DNA of 63,535 nucleotides, the filler included, from Chiloscyllium plagiosum (taxonomy: Eukaryota): the NCBI RefSeq assembly GCF_004010195.1. It is 6 parts of one record of this genome, joined end to end, with 100 filler letters (N's around TTAATTAATTAA, not from the genome) between each part and the next. Parts side by side here need not be neighbours in the genome. Positions count along the whole stretch, not along the records: positions 1 to 17,422 come from NC_057717.1; positions 17,523 to 34,189 come from NC_057717.1; 4 more parts are not named here. One strand, given 5' to 3'. The notes under the pieces were generated by a model that did not search any database, was not told where the DNA came from, and saw only the letters and a program-made list of their open reading frames with translations. The position numbers and the translations under genes are program-made. Each line of letters opens with the position of its first letter. Positions within the stretch are counted from its first letter, which is position 1. This document shows, piece after piece, positions 10,561 through 22,440 of the stretch.

Positions 10561-12029
10561 TTAACCGTATTGCCTGTGTGACGATATCACACTGTTTCCT
10601 GAACAGTCATTTTGAGGAATAAGGGAAACAATGGGATACAGAATAATGGCTCGAAAATCTGAACGCAAAGAGCGTTCTTTTTTTTTTGGGATGTACATGC
10701 AAATGAAGAATGAGGAATTCAATGCATACATTGATGGAAATATATATGACTCAATGGTTTCAGAGAAACATGGCTGCTGGGTACATTGAGAACTGATATC
10801 AGGACATTTTACAGAGAGGCTTATACAAATCTGGGAAGGAGGTGGGAGAGATCTCGGAAAAAGGGCTGAAATCGACATGAGCATAAAAGCGGATCTTACA
10901 TCAAATGATTGAGGCTTAATCTGATTCTTTCTATTTGCAAATTGCCAGTTTATTTGAGTTTCAGGAGAGATTTGTGTCATAAGGCTAAGTGGATATCATT
11001 GAAGTTAATGAATGGAAGGGCTTTTCTGATGTGGATTTTTATGACCCTGTCACATTCTATAATCGACATTTTTAGCAACATTGTATAATTGACACCATTT
11101 GGGAACAGTCTGATGTCAGTTAATTGAGCAAAAGAAAAGATCAGAGGGACTAGATACCATTCCAGGGAGAAGTCACTACAGCAGATGAAGTTGTGAATTG
11201 ACTTACTCTGCACTCACATTTGTTCACTACAGACAATCGCTCACAATTTACACTAAAATACATAAATTTCCAAGCTGGGTTAGTCTTCAATGCACTGAGA
11301 GCAATGTTTTCACCATCCATATGACGAATTGTGTCGAAGTGATGTATTTCCATTCTCGAGTGATTCAGTGTGTGGGAATGTTCTCGAAATCTTCTCCTCT
11401 TGTAGATGCGTGTCTGTATGTTCTTTTTTTTATTTTGGGTTTTACGTCATATTTTCTGAGTAATGCAGACCTTCCCATTTGTTGTTTTATCTCTATTTTT
11501 TTTAAATAATCTCTGATGAATACAGTGCNNNNNNNNNNNNNNNNNNNNNNNNNNNNNNNNNNNNNNNNNNNNNNNNNNNNNNNNNNNNNNNNNNNNNNNN
11601 NNNNNNNNNNNNNNNNNNNNNNNNNNNNNNNNNNNNNNNNNNNNNNNNNNNNNNNNNNNNNNNNNNNNNNNNNNNNNNNNNNNNNNNNNNNNNNNNNNNN
11701 NNNNNNNNNNNNNNNNNNNNNNNNNNNNNNNNNNNNNNNNNNNNNNNNNNNNNNNNNNNNNNNNNNNNNNNNNNNNNNNNNNNNNNNNNNNNNNNNNNNN
11801 NNNNNNNNNNNNNNNNNNNNNNNNNNNNNNNNNNNNNNNNNNNNNNNNNNNNNNNNNNNNNNNNNNNNNNNNNNNNNNNNNNNNNNNNNNNNNNNNNNNN
11901 NNNNNNNNNNNNNNNNNNNNNNNNNNNNNNNNNNNNNNNNNNNNNNNNNNNNNNNNNNNNNNNNNNNNNNNNNNNNNNNNNNNNNNNNNNNNNNNNNNNN
12001 NNNNNNNNNNNNNNNNNNNNNNNNNNNNC

Positions 12030-13205
12030 ATGCTCATTTATGCATTTGAAAAACCTTATACTAGGGTCGTAATTATTGAGTTGGACCACCTCCAAGACCA
12101 AAAAGTGGGATCAGTATTTGTTAACAATAATGGATAACTCCATCATAGGCACCAATGATGTAGGTAGAAATAACGGAATGAGTTCTTAAAGCAGAATTTA
12201 GGGTGTTAGGACCCATGTTAAAAAGTAAAACCTCAAAGGTACTCATCTCAGTATTGCAAACCTGTTCCACATGCTTGTCAGAGTTGAAATTAAAGAATCG
12301 GCAGAATGAATGCGTAGCTTGAGAGATAGTGCATTGGGGAGGAGTCCATACTTTCAGACTTTGGGACCGGATTGGTCCCAAATTGGCCTACTCCAAATTG
12401 GAGTGTTTCCACCTGGGCCAGAATAGAGCCAACGTCCTTGTGGGTGCTTTTGCTAACGCTGTTGGGGAAGGTTTAAAGTAATGAGACAGAGCGATGGGAA
12501 CCAGATGAATAGGTTAGTGAATAGTATGGGTGCAGTAACAAAATCCAGCAAGCAACGCGATCGTGTAGTCAGGGTGATTACAGGAAAGAGAGGACAGGTA
12601 GCAGACGCTGACTGCAAAATGACAATTATTGTGAGATGGATTTGTTTTAGTCAGGGAAGTATTGTGTGTAAGGCAGAAGAACCTCGGGCTTGTATTAGTA
12701 CCTGGGAATATGTTGCTATTGCTATTACTGAGACTTGCTTGAAGGCAGGGCATGATAATCAACTAAACATCCTGTCACATATATGTTTCAGGTGGGATTG
12801 AGAGGGAGGCAAAAGGGGTGCACTAGTCGAATTTCTGGTCAGAGACAATATCACAACTCTGCTGAAGGAAGGCGCTGTGGAGGACTCGAGCAAGTGAGGC
12901 AATATGTACAGTGTTCAGAAATACAAAGAGTGCAGTAATAATGTTGAGGCTATCCTACAGGCCTTCTAACATTGAGCGTGAGATAGCTCAAGTATATAAA
13001 CAGCTGATGGAAAGATGGAGGAGCAATAGGGTGGTGGTTATAGGAGATTTTACTTTTTCTAATATTGACTAGGATTTACTGAGTGTCAGAGTTCGAGATG
13101 GAGAATAATTTGTAAAGAGCATCGAGGAGGGTTTTATAAAGCAGTATGCAAATAATCCAAATCGGGAAGCGGCTGTTTTGCACTTCTAGTTGGGGAATGA
13201 ACCCG
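12030..13205 (+). mobile_element. Decayed CR1 ORF1 (SGNH) and ORF2 endonuclease
   Basis: IGTNDVGR..LKSKTSKVLISVL, then RACISTWEYVAIAITETCLK and YRP-like endonuclease motifs, with many stops. Confidence 0.75.
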
Positions 13206-13209
13206 GGCA

Positions 13210-15530
13210 TATAACCTCCACAATCTCTTCCCTTTCCTGTGTCACAGGCACAAGACGGTAAAAGGTCTGCTCACATTTATGTGCAAGATGCATGAGTGGT
13301 TGAATGGACTCTTCTGTTCCTGGTTCTCCAATTTATTGGGAAGAATATCCTCCTGGTGTTCCGACATTATAGTATCGATGGCATGAATGTCCTGTACTTT
13401 TTCCTGATTCAGATGCTCAAGGTCTGCTTCCGCCCCTCCTGTTGATGCTTCAGAAACCTGAGGGCTTATGGAACCCTTCAGTTGCTATCCAAAATTTGAC
13501 ACATCGTGTAAATATGTGGTCTCTGAATTATAACTTACCCGTTTCCTCTTAATCAATTTTATTGGACCTCTCACTTCATGACAAAAAGTAATTCAAATGG
13601 AATAAGTTTGCTCGATTCATTTGATACGTCTATTCTAACAAAAATTGGATTCGGAATTCCCTTGTCCCAACCATCTGGGCAATCTTGGCCATAAACTCTC
13701 CGTATGGTCTTTAATTTCTGATGCCACCTTTCTCCGGCTCCCTGTGATTCTAAATTCAACGCAGTAGATTTGAACTGTTTTAAAATTTCTAAGCTGTCCT
13801 TAACCAATTTTGATGCGAAGTGTTATCCCTGATCTAATTGTATCTGTTGCTAATCCGTATCTTGTGAAATATTTGATGAGCTTCTCTCCAATCCTTTTAG
13901 CTTTGCTATTGCAGAAGGGAACGGGGTCTGGAAATCTCGGGGATGCATTCATTATTGCTACGAAATACTGCTACGCAGTTTTCTCTTGTTCTTGGCAGGG
14001 GTCTTAAACAATTTATTAAGATTATTGTGAAAGGTGACTCAAATGCAGGAATAGGTATTAAAGGTGCGGGTTTTATTACTTCCTGTGTTTTTCCAATTAC
14101 CTGACATACATGACATATCAGGCAATATTCAATGACATCCTTATGCAGTCTAGGTCAGTAAAAATGTTTTTGTACTTTAGGTTGAGCTTTTCCTACCCCT
14201 ACATTACGCTCTCCTGGTGGTTCATGCTCCATCTGCAATACCACCCCACTGGCAATACGACTTGGTGAACGTCTTCCCATTTCTCATCTGTTCACTATGT
14301 GATGTGCACTAATTTCTCATAAGACATAATATTTAAGACCGTAGCATTCAGACATACGTGTAGATTATTTTTCTGTGTACGCCTTTTGATACAATCATTT
14401 TAAGTTTTCATCATTCTGCTGGAAGTAAATCAATTTATCTGAGCTAAGGTTGGCTGCTTTGTCATTTATTTGATCCTGGTTTGTGTCAAACATTTGGTCA
14501 AACAGGGTTTCTGTTAATTCCACTTCAATTTCTGATCTGCACTGTTTTATATCTTCTCTTTCCACTGTTTACTTTGTGACCTCGTTATCCCACAATCCTG
14601 AAAAATCCCTGGGTATGTGTCCCACAATAATACATTTGCCAGATTTTCCCCTAGCTTTTCAATCTCAGTAGTCAGCACTTTTACTGTCAATTATACCATT
14701 ATCAAGAATAAATTGTATCCCTGGAGCTGCAAGCTTGTCCAGTACTCCTACCACAACTTCTCCACTCTTCGCTGCACACGCTACACTCACTCTACATCAT
14801 TAAGCGTTTCTTGTCTCACCATAAATTCCCGTAACTAATACATTCCCTACAAAGGTCCGTCGTGGTACCTCATCTTGCAACATCAAGAATTCAGGAGATC
14901 CTGTTTCTTTTAATGTTTTCAACTTCTTTACCTGGTGTTTCCAGCCTTGGACAGTCAACTTTATCTTTGCATATACATAGTTTAAGAAGGTCTGTCGCTT
15001 CCTCCTTAATGAACCTCCGACCAAGTTGTACATTCGGGTGCAGATTCTCCGATTCCACTATGATTTCCGTTACCACTTCAACAAAATTTACTGGCTTATC
15101 CTGTTTTCCTAGATCCAATGCACCGTGCACTACCTAACCCATCAACACTGTGATTTCACATGGCCTAATTCATTGTAGTGAAAACATCTGAGCTTTTCAA
15201 CTTCTCTTTCTCCTTCAACAGTTGCCTTTTCACCCTGTAGTAGTTTGTCCTCATGATCTTCATTGCGATCTACCTTTCCCTTTGTACGTGTCGATTTTTC
15301 TTTTCCCCAATTTCTATCTCTCACGGATTGAAATTGATTTTGGCAGCCAAACATCAATTTATTAACCAACTCATAATCATCAGCCCTTTCAGCTGCTCAG
15401 CTAGCTCTTTGAACTCTCTACTCTTCTACATGATTTCCCAGTACTTCAGGAAGTAATTGTTTGAACTCCTCCAAAATCAATTTCTGTTTCAGTGTGTCAC
15501 AGATTAGTGATATTTTTAATGCCATTATCG
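13210..15530 (-). mobile_element. Gypsy (Gmr1-order) internal fragment: gag zinc knuckle, then integrase
   Basis: CFHYNELGHVKSQC (decayed CCHC); EHE..KHFY*PRLHKDVIEYCLICHVCQVIGK..PAPLIPIP (integrase Zn finger); WDKGIP..NESSKLIPFELLF (integrase core). Confidence 0.85.
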
Positions 15531-15677
15531 ACCTTTCAAAATTACTTTGATCCTTTCAACCTCAATTTTGGGTTGCCCAGAGAGCCCCCTTAGACTCCTG
15601 ACGAGATCATTCTGGACAAGACCTTCAGTGAGGTTATTACACCGACCACACCAGAAGAGAGTAGAAGAGAGCAGACG

Positions 15678-16340
15678 ATGAGGAAGGCAGAGAGGAGACA
15701 GGTGCAAGAGACACCAGGAGAAATACCTGTCAGGAACAAGTTGAAGCTTTTGGAAACAGTAGAGACTGATGACACTGCCAGTTCGCAAGGCGGCCAGTTC
15801 TGTCAATCAAAAGTTGGCGCAGAAGCAGAGTGGAAGAGTCGGACATCGCACAGAGCCGTGGTAATAGGGGACTCCACCATCAGAGGAACTGACAGGGGTT
15901 TCTGTGGCAGCAGACGGGATGTAAGGATGGTGTGTTGCCTTCCTGGTGCCAGAGTGAAAGACATCGCGGACAGAGTGCAGGAAATCCTCAAGGACGAGGA
16001 TGAAGAGCCAGAGGTGGTGGTACATGTCGGCACAAATGATGTCGGGAAGAAGAGGAGGAACATACTACAGCGGGACTTCGGAGAATTAGGAAGAAGGCTG
16101 AAAAGCAGGACGTCCAAGGTGGTTATCTCCAGTTTGCTTCCAGTTCCTCGTGCTGGTGTGGCCAGAAACAGGGAGATAATGGACTTGAACGTGTGGTTGG
16201 GGAACTGGTGCAGGAAGCAAGGATTTAAGTTCTTGGATCACTGGGGTATATTTTGTGGAAAACATAAATTCTACAAGAGAGACGGTTTGCACCTTATTAG
16301 GTTAGGGACCAGCATTCTGGCAGGCAGGTTTGAAAGTTAG
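15678..16340 (+). CDS. CR1 LINE ORF1p, SGNH/GDSL-like esterase domain
   Basis: 220-aa open frame with VVIGDSTIRG, CLPGARV, VVHVGTND and RDGLHL (SGNH blocks). Confidence 0.9.
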   Translation: MRKAERRQVQETPGEIPVRNKLKLLETVETDDTASSQGGQFCQSKVGAEAEWKSRTSHRAVVIGDSTIRGTDRGFCGSRRDVRMVCCLPGARVKDIADRVQEILKDEDEEPEVVVHVGTNDVGKKRRNILQRDFGELGRRLKSRTSKVVISSLLPVPRAGVARNREIMDLNVWLGNWCRKQGFKFLDHWGIFCGKHKFYKRDGLHLIRLGTSILAGRFES

Positions 16341-16449
16341 CACAAGAGAAGTCACGAAAAACAACTGTACCAATGAGGCAGAAAACTCAGAAAGGGATCA
16401 TGCTGTAAGGTTGAGTGAAATAGGGGTTAATGGGAAGGGTGAGAAAAGT

Positions 16450-17422
16450 AACAAATTAACAATACTATACATGAATGCACAAAACATGAGATATAAGATG
16501 GATGAGCTTGAGGCACTTTTGGAGATTGGCAGATACGATATTGTGGGGATAAAGGAGACGTGGCTTCAAGTGGACAGGACCTGGGAAATGAATATTCAAG
16601 TCTACACGTGCTATCGTAAGGACAAACTGACGGGCAGAGGGGTGTGGCGTGGCCTTGTTGGTAAGGGAGGATATTCAGTCCCTTCCGCGGGGGGACCTAT
16701 AATCAGGGGATGTAGAGTCAGTGTGGATAGAGCTGCGAAATAAGGGGAAAAAAAACCCTCTTGGGAGTCATCTACAGGCCCCCAAACAGGAGTCTGGATG
16801 TCGGATGTAAGTTAAATCAGGAGCTGAAATTGGTCTGTCGCAAAGATGTCACTACAGTTGTTATGGGGTATATTAACATGCAGGTAGACTGGGAGAATCA
16901 GGATGGTATTGGACCTCAAGAAAGAGACTTTGTGGAGTGCCACAGAGATGGATTCTTCGAGCAGCTGGTGCCGGAGCCGACCAGGGAAAAGGCAATTCTG
17001 GATCTGGTATTGTGTAACGAACCAGAATTGGTCAGAGACCTCGAAGTGAAGGAGCCATTGGGAAGTAGTGACCATAATACAATAAGCTTCAATCTGCAAT
17101 TTGAGAGGGAGAGGGTACAGGCGGAAGTGACAGTACTTCTGTTGAATAAAGGGAACTATGGAGCTATGAGGGAGGAGCTGGCCAAAGTTCAATGCTGGAA
17201 AACCTTAGCAGGGATGACCATGGAGGAACAAGGGCGGATATTTCTGTGTATAATGCAGAAGTTGCAGGATCAGTTCAACTTAAAAGGAAGAAAGATCCCA
17301 GGAAGAGGCATGGGCGGCCGTGGCTGACGAGGGAAGTTAAGAAACATATAAAGTTAAAAGAGAAAAAGTATAACATAGCAAAGATAAGTGGGAAAACTGA
17401 GGACTGGGAAGCTTTTAAAGAA
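16450..17422 (+). pseudogene. CR1 ORF2 apurinic-type endonuclease, frameshifted and cut by a gap
   Basis: ILYMNAQ..DIVGIKETWL, GVIYRPP, PTREKAILDLVL and LGSSDH are split across frames. Confidence 0.9.
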
Positions 17423-17522
17423 NNNNNNNNNNNNNNNNNNNNNNNNNNNNNNNNNNNNNNNNNNNNTTAATTAATTAANNNNNNNNNNNNNNNNNNNNNN
17501 NNNNNNNNNNNNNNNNNNNNNN
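17423..17522. other. Artificial contig linker N44-TTAATTAATTAA-N44 (also 34190-34289, 39570-39669, 53327-53426, 59880-59979)
   Basis: The identical 100-base construct occurs five times and puts stops in all six frames. Confidence 0.95.
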
Positions 17523-17790
17523 GAAACACACTCAATACACAAGAAATGGAACATTGCAATGACACAAAAAGATAAAAACATTGTTATCATCTCTGCAGAC
17601 AAATTATGCGTGCCAGTCATTTTCAAATGATCAGACGACATTGAGAAAGCAAACCAATTGCCAGCAGATACAGAAATGTACCAACAGATGGCGATAGACT
17701 CAACAGGCTTCACCAGATGCTCACTGAAAGCGTTACCTGGTATGGTGACAAAATGTCTGAAAGTGAACCTTTCAGCTCAGCAAGCAAACT
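17523..17790 (+). mobile_element. Internally deleted Penelope-like element with a decayed hammerhead-type end
   Basis: KDKNIVIISADK..DDIEKANQL (cf. PADKG) joined to cactgaaagcgttacctggtatggtgacaaaatgtc, a homologue of 60021-60060. Confidence 0.65.
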
Positions 17791-18460
17791 GAAATCGTTT
17801 CGTCAGGGACACAGCTTGTTGTGCAGCACCGGTCCTCAGTCCCTTTGCTTGAATGGTGTCAGAAGTCATTGCCTTTGTCGGATTTGCGTGTTCGTTTGTT
17901 TCTTTATGTCACGTGCAGCGACCTGAATTGGTTGCAAACTGGCATTGGTGATATTGTGGACATCATAATGAATGGGATTTGGATCGTGGACTCAACACTT
18001 CTGGCTGAGGAAGGTAGAGATATCACAATCTTGTCTTTTGCATTGATATGCAGGACTGTTCCATTATTTAGAATGGGGATATTTCTGGAGCCCTGTCCTC
18101 GAGTCCATTGTTTCGTCGTGCATCACTGTCTACAAATGGATGTGGCAGGGCTGTAGAGATTACATGTCTCTGGTGGTCTGAGGATTATTTCACCCACTCT
18201 AAGAGTTCTGCAGTTTGGAACTCAATCAGTCAACTTTCACAGCTTTTATGGCTTGACATCAGTTTCAGGTGCACATGCTTCGAACACTGGTATGTCCATC
18301 CACACTCGTCAACGAACCATAGATTGATTACCCCGTGCAAAAAAGAGTTGCAGATTTTGATTGAATGCAATTCTACTTCATTTACTGCTGTGATCTACAG
18401 CACCACATGAATGTCAAGCTTTGAGCTGCAATATCTGCAATGTAGTTCTGCTGCCACTTC
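17790..18460 (-). mobile_element. Decayed CR1/L2-clade LINE fragment
   Basis: Nucleotide similarity to the family at 9850-10560 and 37130-37900. Confidence 0.5.
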
Positions 18461-18859
18461 CTCAATTCACACTGAGACCCATTAATCAACCATCCTTTTA
18501 CTCAGTGAATGACTCTGGCTTTGAACGTTACAACATTTCCACTTTAATATTCTCTTCCCCTCATGGTTTCTTCATGGTGTCACATGATCATATTACTCAA
18601 AACCACTTTAACATATTCGCATGAATGTTTTTTCTTTCCAGTCGTGCCGTGTTCTGTAGTTAAATTTAATGTTATTCCCTCTGATTCTCTCCCTGAATAT
18701 AGTTAAAAGATTTGTGTTGCCAGTGATGCCAGCCCAAAGTAGTTTCACAATCAATAAATTTGTGGACCTTGCATTATCATTCACTTTCTGGTGGATAGCA
18801 CTCCTTGTTTGAAAGGTGGTTTGAGCTTTGACAGAAATCTTTGAGACTTGTTTGAGAAC

Positions 18860-20200
18860 AGGATTTTCTGGAGAAAATAAGCAAATATGGCAGCATCTGT
18901 GGAGTGAAAGCAAAATTAATCATTCGAGTACAGTGAGCATTTTCCAAAGTTCCCAGTTTCTCCAGGGATTTTTTGTTTTGTTTTGCTTCCAAATTTCCAC
19001 GAAGCACAGGCTATTGTTTTATTAAAGATATGTTCATCATTTCTATACTAACTCAGCAAGTCCGGTAGCATCTGCGGAGATTGAGAAGCAGAGATGAAGC
19101 TTCAAGCCTAGTGTCACAATTCTTCAGAACTGAAAAGGATTATTAAGTGAACTTCTAATATCTTCACGGAGGTAGGGGATTGGTGACGAAAAACAGAGGC
19201 TGTTGAATCTCACTTCCAAAGACAAACCAGCTTTTAATTGTGACGAAAGAGAAACTGATGAAAAATGGGTGTGCATGGAGTTGTAAATGGGAGTTATGAG
19301 TTCACTCTATGCAGTGCAAGTTAAATAAGATACAAAAAAAGACAAGATCGAGGGAACCGAGGAGGGAGAATGTATGAAAAATGGAGAACTGCCATAATGA
19401 GGTCATGCTGTGAATGTTTGGAATTGGAAGCTAAGTCCCACAGGCTGTAACGTACCAAATTGTAAAGTGAGATGTTACTCGAGCTTGGGCTGTGCTTCAC
19501 TGGACCATTACAGCAGTCCAGGACCGAAATGTAAGCATGGGAGCAAGGTGGGCTCTTGAAATTGGAAGCAATGACAAGGTCAGTGTTATTCCTATAGACA
19601 GATTGGAAGTCTTCATCAAAGCAATCTCTGTTTGGTCTCATCAGTGGAAAAGAAACTGCATTGTGAGCAGCAATGACAGTGGAATCGATTGACAGAGTAC
19701 AAGTGAAATGCTACTTCACCTGCAGAATGTGTTTGGAGCCTTGGACAGTGAGGAGAGAATAGGTGAACAGGCAAGTGTTGCGGATTCTGCAGTTGCATGT
19801 TAAGTCAAAATGGGAGAATTGTTCGTGGTGATGGATGGTGTCGCAGAGGGTACAGTGTCTGAAATGCTAACAGAGGAAGGGAAAGGAAAGTGTTTTAGAT
19901 GGTGCTATCCTGCTGGATGTGGTCGAAGTTTGGGAGGTTGATTCTTTGAATGTGGATTCCAGTGAAGTGAAAATTGAGAACATGTTGGTCTCTATCGTCC
20001 TTCTGGGAAGGAGGGGATGGTGTCATATCAGAAACACTGGAGATGGGTCGGTCACGGCTGAAGGCTCTGTTCTCCAGGGTTGGGTGATATTCACAGTTGA
20101 GGGCAAATGAGGTCATGTTCGAGGATTCTCATTAGAAATTGGCAGCATTGAGCACAAGTGACAATGATGGGAAAACTGAGACAATGGAGTCATTCTCAGC
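18860..20200 (-). mobile_element. Decayed Penelope-like element (GIY-YIG region and pseudo-LTR pieces)
   Basis: Collinear similarity to 48700-49500; pseudo-LTR motif gcagcatctgtggag. Confidence 0.55.
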
Positions 20201-20414
20201 TGATCCTGTGTTCACGCACATATGGAGAGTTCTCCTGAATGATGGAAAATAACTAGATATTTGTCTTAAATCTGTTCTAAAGCGGGATGTGAAAATGGAC
20301 CCTGGGGAAGGTCAGTGGTGTACACTGACTGACATTTAACAGATGTTTCATAATGCTCAACCATGATTCATTCTGGTAATTAAGAATGACTCGATAAGAA
20401 GGTGAACCACCTAG

Positions 20415-20740
20415 GGATGGCCCAGCGGTCAGCAGTGCTTCCTCACGGCACTCAGCTTTTGAGTGCGATATCACAGTCAGGAACTCGGTGGAGTGTGCAT
20501 GTTGACCCAGTGTCTGCATGGGTGTCATTCTGGTGGCCTGGTTTCCTCCCACAGTCCAAGCGTGTACACATTTGGCTGTATTGGCCATGATAAATTGACC
20601 ATTATGCCCAGAAATGTGTCAGAACAGTGGGTTAGCCATGGGAACTGCAGGGTTCCAGACGTGGATCTGGGTGGGATGTTCTTTGAAGGATTGGTGTGTT
20701 CTCAATGGACTAAATGGCCTGCTACGATACTGCAGGGATA
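20415..20740 (+). mobile_element. Diverged HE1-type V-SINE
   Basis: ggagtgtgcatgttgacccagtgtctgcatgggtg...ggtttcctcccacagtccaa. Confidence 0.7.
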
Positions 20741-20829
20741 TTATAATGATGATGGCGCACAATGACTCAAAAGGATACTATTCAATCACAAACTATGCAA
20801 TTTAAATTTGCAGAAGTTAGTGCACGCTG

Positions 20830-22440
20830 GTTTTAGAGTACTTCTTTTAGGGACCAGAAGCAGTTAAGAGTAGATAAAAAAAGAGAAGAAAAATAATATG
20901 ATAATAACTTGGCTAGAAGCACAAAAACATGTAGCAAGAGTTGATTGCAGGAGTTTTCCAGTGTAACTGGAGAACCTCCATAGAAACGCCTATCTTTAAG
21001 ATGGTAGCGAGACTGATAGTAGGAACATAAAAACCATTTAGCCTGACCATACTACAACGAATCTGCTAAAGTACTAAGGAAGGAATTTGCAAGGATAGTT
21101 AGAAAAGCGTAACGAAATCAGAGTCAGCACAGTTTTATGAATGAGAAATAATGATTTGCCCCACAAAATCATGCAACATTTTGCTGGAGTTCCCAAACAA
21201 TGTACAAATTCGACTTGATAAAAGAGAACTCGTGGATAACAAGCTTTGCTGTGTTTTTTGTGTCTCCATAAAATGAAGAAGCTTACACAGGACGGACCCT
21301 CACAGTGTGATGGATAAAGTATTAGCGTGGAATGAGGATTGGTGAACGCAAAGAAGTCGAAGAGCCAAGGCTCTTGCATATTCATCAGATTAAATAGATT
21401 TGTCTACTGGATTACCACAAATATCTGTCCTTTTTTACCAGTTATTTGCGATCTATACCGATGGTTTGATGGTGAAGATTAACTGCAATTTATATCCGAG
21501 TTTATGGATGATGCAAACATACATGGGAGGATATGTTGCAATTCGAATGTAAGGAATCTAAATTGGGATAAAGACAAGTTCAGTGAGTAAGCAAATCATT
21601 GGCGGGTGGAATTTATTGCAAGAAAAAGGTCTTGCAATGAGACCTTTTGACAATGAGAAACAAAAGGCAGGCTTATATTTCATGGAGTTGAGTCGAAAAC
21701 ATGAGAGAGAGCACAAAAGCATTGAGGTGTTCCTTTGTATTAAACATAAAGCTGGCATGCTGTTGCAGCAAGTAATTAGTTTGGTTCATTCGGCTGACTC
21801 CTGGAATGAAAGTGTTGACTTTTCAAAAATGTCTTTAATAGTTATGTGTGTATTTATTGCAGTTGAAATGAATGAGGAATAATAATTACTGAAACTGCAA
21901 GATACAGTCTGGGCTTGTGAAGGTACATGTTGCGAAGTAGTTTCTATACCTGCGTGGAGTATTGAAATCGTGAACGCGTTAATGGAATAAGAATGAAAGT
22001 GTTGACTTTTCAAAAATGTCTTTAATAGTTATGTGTGTATTTATTGCAGTTGAAATGACTGAGGAATAATAATTACTGAAACTGCAAGATACAGTCTGGG
22101 CTTGTGAAGGTACATGTTGCGAAGTAGTTTCTATACCTGCGTGGAGTATTGAAATCGTGAACGCGTTAATGGAATAAGGGACTTCTTTTTAAAAGTGAGC
22201 CACAAAGCAATGTCTTATCTCAGGACTGTGAATGTCACGAATTCTCTAACCTGGAGAGTTGAGAAGACTACACCTGTGAAAGTATTTAAAGATGTTGATA
22301 GGTTTCTGAACATACTGGCAAGTTGATGGATGCAAGGAGTGAGCGGAAACTTCGAGTTAAGCCCTGGAATATATCCACCACGTCACAATTAAATAAGAGA
22401 GCAGGCTTGAGGTGATGAATGACCTGCTCCTGTTCTTATT
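20830..22440 (+). mobile_element. Highly decayed CR1 ORF2 and 3' end
   Basis: FMDDAN (FADDTK-like) at ~21500 and CR1 3' UTR-like sequence to 22440. Confidence 0.55.
21804..22177 (+). repeat. Tandem duplication, 187 bp x2
   Basis: gaatgaaagtgttgac...aatggaataa occurs at 21804 and 21991; one visible mismatch. Confidence 0.95.
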
